DNA from: Rhodospirillales bacterium
GTDB taxonomy: Bacteria; Pseudomonadota; Alphaproteobacteria; Bin95
Direction: 5' to 3'
NCBI GenBank assembly: GCA_038143065.1
Contig: JAYQLI010000035.1
Location: forward strand, 672,001 to 736,000
Length of the DNA: 64,000 nt
Positions 57,242-64,000 of this stretch are shown one piece after another. Each line of letters opens with the position of its first letter. The first letter of the stretch is position 1. The translations under genes were made by a program, and so were the position numbers. The notes beneath the pieces are model-generated. The model did not search any database. It saw only the letters and a program-made list of their open reading frames with translations, and was not told the origin of the DNA.

Positions 57242-57841
57242 ATGACACAAAAACTCTCAGTATATATTGATTACAAGAGCCCATATGCATTTCTAGCAAT
57301 GCAGCCAGCTCGCGAATTAGAGAAAGAACTTAGTCTACAAATTGACTGGTTACCGTACTCACTTCAGATCGATCAGTACCTGGGAGAAGTGGAGACCCGT
57401 AACGCACATCAGTGGAGAAGAGTAAAATACTCCTACATGGATGCTAGGCGACTAGCAAATGAGCAAGGCCTAATTGTAAGAGGCCCACAAAAGCTTTTTG
57501 ACAGTGCACTGGCTCACATTGGTCTGTTATTTACGAAAATAGCAGGGCCAGACATCCTGAATAGGTATCACGACATTGTTTTTGACGGGTTTTTTAAGCG
57601 TGAGCTAAACATAGAAAACCTATCTGAAGTGAAGAATGCAATAAATCACGCCGGAGCTAAAGTTAGTGAATTTGAAGAATTCCACGAAACGCAAGGGCGA
57701 AAACTCTTAGAACAAACAATTAAAGATGCAGAGGATCGACTTGGCATATTTGGCGTGCCAACATTTGTCATTGGAGATGAAATTTTTTGGGGTGGCGACC
57801 AAATAAATCGCGTACGACACTTCATTGAAAACTTCACCTGA
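57242..57841 (+). CDS. DsbA-like 2-hydroxychromene-2-carboxylate isomerase family protein
   Basis: YIDYKSPYAFL, DARRLA and GIFGVPTFVIGDEIFWG. Confidence 0.88.
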   Translation: MTQKLSVYIDYKSPYAFLAMQPARELEKELSLQIDWLPYSLQIDQYLGEVETRNAHQWRRVKYSYMDARRLANEQGLIVRGPQKLFDSALAHIGLLFTKIAGPDILNRYHDIVFDGFFKRELNIENLSEVKNAINHAGAKVSEFEEFHETQGRKLLEQTIKDAEDRLGIFGVPTFVIGDEIFWGGDQINRVRHFIENFT

Positions 57842-57863
57842 TGCGGCATGAAGGAGATTAATT

Positions 57864-59252
57864 ATGGATGGACTGGTAAATTCACCTGCAGCACGCGACA
57901 AGGCCTACCTTGTCCACCCAATGACAAATCTCAAAAAGCATCTTGAAATTGGCCCAACAATTCTCAGTCACGGGAACGGTGTTCGTGTTTTTGATGACTC
58001 CGGAAAAGAATATATTGAGGGGATGGCTGGCCTCTGGTGCACCTCACTTGGGTATGGGGAAGAACGCCTAATCAAGGCAGCTACCGATCAGATGCGCAAG
58101 ATTGCCTATGTCCAACAGTTCAGACATATGAGTCATAATTCTGGAATTGATTTGGCTGAAAAGCTCGTATCACTTGCTCCAGCTGGGCTAACTAAAGCAT
58201 TTTTTGTCAACTCTGGTTCCGAAGCTAACGACAGCATTGTCAAGTTCGTGCGCTTCTACCAAAACGCCAAAGGCCGCCCAGAGAAAAAGAAAATCATTGC
58301 CCGGATGAAAGGGTATCACGGGACCACTTTAGTTGCAGCCAGTCTTTCCGGCCTGCCTCATATGCATGCCGCTTTCGATCTACCGATTACTGATGTGAAA
58401 CATACCTCTTGTCCCCACTTCTACCGATATGGCTTAGATGGCGAAACCGAAGAAGATTTTGCCACGCGTATGGCTGACGATCTTGAGGCTATGATTTTGG
58501 CCGAAGGACCCGATACTGTTGCTGCCTTTTTTGCCGAACCCGTCATGGGCGCTGGTGGGGTAATAGTCCCTCCAAGTACTTATTTCGACAAGATCCAAGC
58601 AATTCTTAAAAAGTATGAAATTCTTTTTGTAGCTGATGAAGTTATTTGTGGATTTGGCCGAACGGGAAATATGTTTGGAAGCCAGACCTATGATCTACAA
58701 CCTGATTTTGTAACTGTCGCTAAAGCACTTTCATCGGCTTATCTACCAATTGCTGGTGTACTTATGCGCGAAGAGGTTTTCCAAACTATAGCTGAACATG
58801 CTGGACAACTAGGCATTCTAGGCCACGGATACACGTATTCTGGCCACCCTGTTGCAAGTGCAGTCGCCCTAGAAACTCTAAAAATTTATGAAGAAATTGA
58901 TATTGTATCGCATGTACAAGACGTCTCAAAAACTTTCATGGACGAACTAATTTCTTTTGAGGCACATCCTTTGGTTGGTGAAAGTAGAGGAGTAGGTTTG
59001 GTCGGAGCAATAGAGCTCGTCACAGATAAGAAGACCAAAGCACCCATAGATATTAAGGGACCGGGACCGGATTATCTTTACAATAAAGTAATGGAGCATG
59101 GCCTTATCACACGACCTATCGGCAATTCGGTAGCTTTCTGTCCGCCCCTGATAATAGGTCACGATGATATACGAGAAATGTTTGGACGTTTCCGAAAAGC
59201 CTTAGATGAGACACTCGATTTTATGGTCCGAGATGGAAATATTACGGCGTAA
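57864..59252 (+). CDS. Class III (omega) aminotransferase
   Basis: GLWCTSLGYG, SGSEAND, YHG, EPVMGAGG, DEVICGFGRTG, AKAL and HGYTYSGHP. Confidence 0.93.
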   Translation: MDGLVNSPAARDKAYLVHPMTNLKKHLEIGPTILSHGNGVRVFDDSGKEYIEGMAGLWCTSLGYGEERLIKAATDQMRKIAYVQQFRHMSHNSGIDLAEKLVSLAPAGLTKAFFVNSGSEANDSIVKFVRFYQNAKGRPEKKKIIARMKGYHGTTLVAASLSGLPHMHAAFDLPITDVKHTSCPHFYRYGLDGETEEDFATRMADDLEAMILAEGPDTVAAFFAEPVMGAGGVIVPPSTYFDKIQAILKKYEILFVADEVICGFGRTGNMFGSQTYDLQPDFVTVAKALSSAYLPIAGVLMREEVFQTIAEHAGQLGILGHGYTYSGHPVASAVALETLKIYEEIDIVSHVQDVSKTFMDELISFEAHPLVGESRGVGLVGAIELVTDKKTKAPIDIKGPGPDYLYNKVMEHGLITRPIGNSVAFCPPLIIGHDDIREMFGRFRKALDETLDFMVRDGNITA

Positions 59253-59530
59253 TGCAACCTTCCACATAGTCCCAAAAATGCCTCAGATCGGGAGTTGTCT
59301 TACCAGCTATTTTTGCTCTGTCATCCCAACGACGAAGTCTAACTGCATCTTTGCTGCCAGATTTTTGAATAAAACAATCAGCCTCATCTTGATCAAATCG
59401 GCCACCCTGTAGTTCTAGACTTCGCACTGATGCGAAAGATAAAGTGTCGAAATAGCTAGCCTCAGCAAAGCAAAGATACCGTTTTGCATCTACATGCAAA
59501 GCCACTGGCAAAACAACATCCTCTAGAAAT
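59242..59530 (-). pseudogene. phnZ: 3' remnant of PhnZ-like HD-domain phosphonate oxygenase
   Basis: PVALHVDAKRYLC, LSFASVRSLELQGG and AVRLRRWDDRAK. The N-terminal half with the HD motif is absent. Confidence 0.8.
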
Positions 59531-59875
59531 TAGTCCTAAGACGCCAACAAGAACGTTTGAAAGAACGCTCAATCTCTCAACTAAATTGAACTGCTGGAAA
59601 ATAACACCGATATGCCGTCTTACCTCCCGCGCATCAGGGGCAACTTTACCAGCCTGTTGCACCCGTTTACCGAGGACATCAATACGACACTGCCCATTCA
59701 CACGGTCGCCTTCAATGAGTCCGGCGATATGACGGATTAAAGTAGACTTACCCGAGCCAGAGGCTCCAATCAAAGCTACCATCTCACCAGGTTCGATGGT
59801 GAGACTAACCTGGTCTAATGCCTTCTTTGATTTTCCAAACGTTTTCGTGAGCGACTTAACAATGATTGCGGGCAT
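59525..59875 (-). pseudogene. phnC: 5' remnant of phosphonate ABC transporter ATPase
   Basis: GEMVALIGASGSGKSTL, IFQQFNLVERLSVLSNVL. It stops before the ABC signature and Walker B. Confidence 0.82.
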
Positions 59876-59935
59876 GCCAAAACCTCAATGTGACAATCGA
59901 CACCAAGGGTATGCGCGACCAACTAGGACTCTTTG

Positions 59936-59964
59936 GTTACAGAAACGTTAAGATCTTGTTACAC
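59936..59964 (-). promoter_or_regulatory. Pho-box-like array upstream of phnC remnant
   Basis: On the minus strand GTGTAAC-aaga-TCTTAAC-gttt-CTGTAAC, three heptamers at 11-bp spacing resembling the PhoB CTGTCAT/CTGTAAC repeat. Confidence 0.62.
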
Positions 59965-60167
59965 ACGCAAAAGTTCTTTTAATAACGCCGAAACGTTTCA
60001 CTATCGCAGCCGCCTTATTTTGTTTCGATATTACTGCTGAACCGCACATCTTACGCGTGTTGGCACTTGCACCATTTGGCTACGCCGCCTATCACATGAC
60101 CGATCTAATTTTAGTTTCCCACTCCCTAAACCGAACCTAAACCTGCATTCTTAAAAAGATTTAAAAA

Positions 60168-61034
60168 ATGTCTGATCCAGCTACTCAAGCACTCCTAGAA
60201 CGTATCGCAAATGCTCTGGAACGCATCGCTCCTCCTGCTCCCGCTGAGTCAACAATGGAAGCAGCCGATGCCTTTGTCTGGCAGGCAGAAAACAGAAGCT
60301 TACTTCCTGTTAAATCTGTTGCCCGTGTTGAAATTGAACTTTTACGGGGAGTAGACAGGGTTCGTGATATTCTCCTTGATAACACCAATCGTTTTGCTAA
60401 AGGCCTTCCCGCTAACAATGCTTTGCTCTGGGGCTCCCGTGGCATGGGAAAAAGTTCACTCGTCAAAGCGGCTCACGCGGAAGTGAATAAAGACCGCAGT
60501 GATGTTAAGGACAGAGTTGCATTAATTGAAATACATCGCGAAGACATCGAGAGCTTGCCTTCCCTTCTTCGGATTATTGAGGAGAGCGGAAGAAGGTGCA
60601 TAGTTTTCTGCGATGACCTCTCCTTCGACAGTGGTGATGCTACTTATAAATCGTTGAAAGCAGTTCTTGATGGAGGAATTGAGGGACGGCCAGAAAATGT
60701 TCTTTTCTACGCTACCTCGAACCGGCGGCACCTAATGCCACGAGATATGATCGAGAATGAACGTGCAACAGCGATTAATCCAGGAGAAGCTGTCGAAGAA
60801 AAAGTGTCTTTATCCGACCGGTTTGGGCTTTGGCTTGGTTTTCATTCATGTAGCCAGGATGTTTTCCTGGAAATGATTGACGGTTATGCAAAGGCACTAA
60901 ACTTGCAAGTTCCCCAAGAAGAGTTGCGGCGGGATGCCTTAGAATGGGCAACCACTAGAGGTTCACGTTCAGGTCGCGTTGCATGGCAATTTATTCAAGA
61001 TCTCGCTGGTCGACACGGTCATCATTTAAATTAG
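60168..61034 (+). CDS. DUF815 family AAA+ ATP-binding protein
   Basis: NNALLWGSRGMGKSSL, FCDDLSF, YATSNRRHL, EEKVSLSDRFG and RSGRVAWQF. Confidence 0.92.
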   Translation: MSDPATQALLERIANALERIAPPAPAESTMEAADAFVWQAENRSLLPVKSVARVEIELLRGVDRVRDILLDNTNRFAKGLPANNALLWGSRGMGKSSLVKAAHAEVNKDRSDVKDRVALIEIHREDIESLPSLLRIIEESGRRCIVFCDDLSFDSGDATYKSLKAVLDGGIEGRPENVLFYATSNRRHLMPRDMIENERATAINPGEAVEEKVSLSDRFGLWLGFHSCSQDVFLEMIDGYAKALNLQVPQEELRRDALEWATTRGSRSGRVAWQFIQDLAGRHGHHLN

Positions 61035-61165
61035 CTTTTCCAAGAATAAAGCCTGAAACTATTAAACACCATAAATAGGTGACCTCAAGGCTTCGCGGGC
61101 TTGGCTATCCCCAAGCAGTTTCTTATGGTTGTGCGGCTTTAAGATTCGAGTGGAAAGTAAAAACA

Positions 61166-61750
61166 ATGACTATCGGACTTGATGTTCTGACCCTTGAAGC
61201 GGGACACGAGCAGTTAGACTGCGATAAAGACCGATTTTATTTCGTTCGACATGGACAAACAGCTGGCAATTTCAGCGGTATCGTTCAGGTCCCAACTATC
61301 CCTCTTGACGAAACAGGTACTGGCCAGGCCGAGGCCGCTAGTGCACTTTTAGCAGACCATCAGATCGATCTAGTAGTTGCTAGTCCTTTTAAGCGCGCTT
61401 ATGACACCGGCGTTGCAGTGGCCGGCAGTCGTCCTATGACAGTAAATCCCAATCTAGCAGAGCGCCTGTTTGGAGAATTCATGGGAACGCCATCCTCCGA
61501 ATTAGATTGGACTAAGTCTCCTGCCGGCGGCGAAAGTATGGCAGAGTTCCTACACCGGACCCGTACAGGCTTTACTCAAGCGCTATCGTGGCCAGGCGAA
61601 ATAGCAATTGTCGCCCACGGCGGAAATCTTCGCGTAATTGCCGCGGGCCTCAACGTACCGTTAACAGAAACTTCTGTAGGTAACGCCCACCCTCTCCTTT
61701 TTGAGCGGGTCTCAGGCAGCTGGCGTATGACAGAACTTGCGCTAGCCTAA
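61166..61750 (+). CDS. Histidine phosphatase superfamily protein
   Basis: FVRHGQT, SPFKRAYDT, GGES and IVAHGG. Confidence 0.9.
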   Translation: MTIGLDVLTLEAGHEQLDCDKDRFYFVRHGQTAGNFSGIVQVPTIPLDETGTGQAEAASALLADHQIDLVVASPFKRAYDTGVAVAGSRPMTVNPNLAERLFGEFMGTPSSELDWTKSPAGGESMAEFLHRTRTGFTQALSWPGEIAIVAHGGNLRVIAAGLNVPLTETSVGNAHPLLFERVSGSWRMTELALA

Positions 61751-61752
61751 CT

Positions 61753-62346
61753 CTAAGACTTTGTACTGAGCTCTTTTAAACGCTGCTGCATTTCTTCCAT
61801 TTGGCGCTGCAGCTCCTCAATGCCCCCTTCAGCATGTTTAGGTTCATTTTGCTGTTTAGGTTGTGGCTGCATTGCATTTGGCCAGAACGCTTTCATAGCC
61901 TGATCAAAAGCCGCGACGTTCCGTTTTGTCATTTCCTGCATCGCGTCCATTGACGCTCCCACAGGAAAAACACTTCCAAAGGTCCCTTCCATTGTTTTCC
62001 GAACATCATTCTGATGTTCTTCAAACCAAGAAGTCATGTGCTCGAGATATTGAGGCATCATCCAGCTCATACCGTCGCCATACATTGCTATCAGCTGTCT
62101 TAGGAATTTAATTGGCAATAAATTCCCATCGGCCTGCTCAGCCTCTACAAGGATCTGTGTTAGAACTGAACGAGTTAAATCTTCGCCGGTTTTTGCATCC
62201 AAAACAACGAAATCTATATCGTCTGCAATTAGAACTCTTAGATCATCTAGAGTGACGTAAGAGCTTGAATCCGTATTATATAGGCTGCGATTTGCTTATT
62301 TTTTTATAATTATTGGTGCATTTTGATCGCGCGATTGAGCTGCCAT
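61753..62346 (-). CDS. phaR: PHA synthesis repressor PhaR (in-frame TAA at 62296-62298)
   Basis: IKK*ANRSLYNT...YVTL (canonical IKKYANRRLYNT), DAKTGEDLTRSVLTQI and LLPIKFLRQLI. Confidence 0.92.
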
Positions 62347-62385
62347 CTTATCAACCTTTTCTGCTACGCTATAAGCGTCAACAGA

Positions 62386-62401
62386 ATGCTGCATCGCAAA
62401 A
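62386..62401. promoter_or_regulatory. PhaR-type box in the phaR divergent promoter
   Basis: ATGCTGCATCGCAAAA, core TGC-N3-GCA at 62390-62398. Confidence 0.6.
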
Positions 62402-62487
62402 AGATGCTGCTTGGTCAAGTAAAACGCATCAAAACACTTCAGAGATTAGTTGACGCGGCCCATCATAATAGCGTTTTCATATAAATA

Positions 62488-63689
62488 ATGATTACAGAAA
62501 CAAACGATCGTCAGGGACCACGCCCTCTTGCGTTACACGCCTTTGCTGCTTGGCGCGCATATCTATTAGCAGCAACAATACCAAATGCCCCGGAGGGATC
62601 TGACCTAGAGTCCATCGTCATCGAAAAACTAGGCCACTCGCCAAACGAACGTCTAGCGCTTACTGCAGCAGTTTTGTCTGAAACCTGTAATAGATGGAGT
62701 GGTTTTTGGTCCGGGGTTGCTAAATATCGATCTCACGCTTTTAAGCGCCCTTCAGGGCATCAACAGATAGTTTGGCAGAATGGCCAAACATCGATTTTAG
62801 ACTTTGCTCCAGAGAGCAAGGGATCACCAATAATTGCCATTCCATCCCTCATCAACAATGCTGATGTCCTGGATCTTCTACCAGGGCGAAGTCTTATGCA
62901 GGCCTTAGCTGAGGCTGGGTTCAGGCCATTTCTTGTTTCCTGGGGAAATCCAGAGCCTGATGCAATGGATTGGCCAATTGATCGATATGTAAAAGATCGG
63001 CTTATTCCTGGTTTAACTCACATTTTGGAGTTAACAGGGAAGCCCCCATTTTGATGGGGTATTGCATGGGTGGCCTTTTAGCAGCAGCAATGGCGGCCAT
63101 CCGGCCCAATGAAACGAAGGGTTTGGCCCTGCTTGCAACACCGTGGAACTTCCACGCACCGTCTCCCAAGGTCGCCGCCTCAATATCTGATTTAAGCCCG
63201 TGGTTTGCCGAGGCCTCTGCTAAATCAGGCAGCGTTCCTACCGATATCATCCAGACACTTTTCATCGCCCTTGACCCCACTCTTGCTGCACGCAAGTTCA
63301 GACAATTTTCATCGCTCGATCAAACCTCAGACGAGGCACAACTTTTCATTGCAATGGAGGATTGGGTTAACAGTGGGCCCGATCTAGCTTGGCCTGTAGC
63401 TCAGACTGTGCTTGAAGACTGGTATGGTTCTAATTTACCCCATGAAGGTCTTTGGAAAGTTTGCGATAAGGTGATCTCACCTTCATCTATCTCTGGCCCC
63501 ATTTTGGTTGCATCACCATCAAATGATAGGATAGTTCCACCAATGAGCTCTAGAGCTTTTGCCCAAAGTGCAAACAATGCGAAACTACTTGATGTTCAAG
63601 CTGGCCATGTTGGTATGATTGTAGGAAGCCGCTCTAAAACGGGACTTTGGTCTCCATTAATCGAGTGGCTGAAGCATCAAACCGACTAA
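62488..63689 (+). CDS. PhaC-like alpha/beta hydrolase (frameshift near 63045)
   Basis: IPSLINNADVLDL, FLVSWG, lipase-box GYCMGG, EDWVN, DRIVP and GHVG. Confidence 0.85.
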
Positions 63690-63725
63690 CCACCATTGCA
63701 CTTCTAGTTAATTGGAACTAGATTT

Positions 63726-63741
63726 TTGTGCGCTGCAATAT
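63726..63741. promoter_or_regulatory. PhaR-type box upstream of phaA
   Basis: TTGTGCGCTGCAATAT, core TGC-N3-GCA at 63729-63737. Confidence 0.6.
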
Positions 63742-63774
63742 AATTCTTTTTCATAGTCCACAATGGAGCCTGTG

Positions 63775-64000
63775 ATGACAGACGTCGCAATCGTATCAGC
63801 AAAAAGAACGGCTATTGGTACTTTTAATGGGGCATTCTCAACCGTCAGTGCTGATCAGCTTGGCACGGCTGCGGTTAAAGCTGCGATATCTGATGCCAAA
63901 ATCGAGGCATCCCAAGTATCAGAAATGATTTTTGGGCAGGTATTGACCGCTGGACAGGGTCAAAACCCGGCCCGACAAGCAGCCATCAAAGCAGGGCTAC
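63775..64000 (+). CDS. phaA: Acetyl-CoA C-acetyltransferase (thiolase), N-terminus, runs off the right edge
   Basis: [19 protein letters not shown] and [22 protein letters not shown]. It is not in the ORF track because it has no stop in the window. Confidence 0.92.
   Translation, partial: MTDVAIVSAKRTAIGTFNGAFSTVSADQLGTAAVKAAISDAKIEASQVSEMIFGQVLTAGQGQNPARQAAIKAGL

Noticed and set aside
57864-59252. Aminotransferase as PhnW of aminoethylphosphonate catabolism
   Set aside because: It is class III, whereas PhnW is class V, and it is convergent with the phnZ remnant rather than co-transcribed.

Overview
A gene-dense 64 kb chromosomal segment from an alphaproteobacterium. The assignment is inferred from an ALA-synthase-type hemA, the pyrB-pyrC-plsY order, PhaR/PhaA/PhaB, DUF815 and DUF1045. 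Housekeeping genes are pyrB, pyrC, plsY, hemA, gltBD, queA-tgt and cutA. The window also holds dispersed PHA genes with three PhaR-type boxes, an RND efflux pair, a complete C-P lyase core (phnF/phnGHIJKLM/DUF1045/phnN) and many catabolic enzymes. About 30 single-base frameshifts and 3 in-frame stops also hit essential genes, mostly at homopolymers. I treat them as sequencing or assembly errors and report the genes as joined CDSs. The most interesting signals are: (1) two separate Rieske ferredoxin + amidohydrolase-fold loci whose metal ligands (DxH, ExG, DxPHxD) match dinuclear monooxygenases of the AibH1H2/PtmU3 type rather than hydrolases, one of them beside the phn operon; (2) a ~130 nt multi-helix RNA candidate followed by a terminator-like hairpin in the gltB leader; (3) a phnC::phnZ deletion scar that still carries a Pho-box array; (4) a hydantoin/Asp-Glu racemase-fold protein with no cysteine. 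I saw no tRNA, rRNA, CRISPR array or mobile element. All family assignments come from motif recognition by eye, with no database search.
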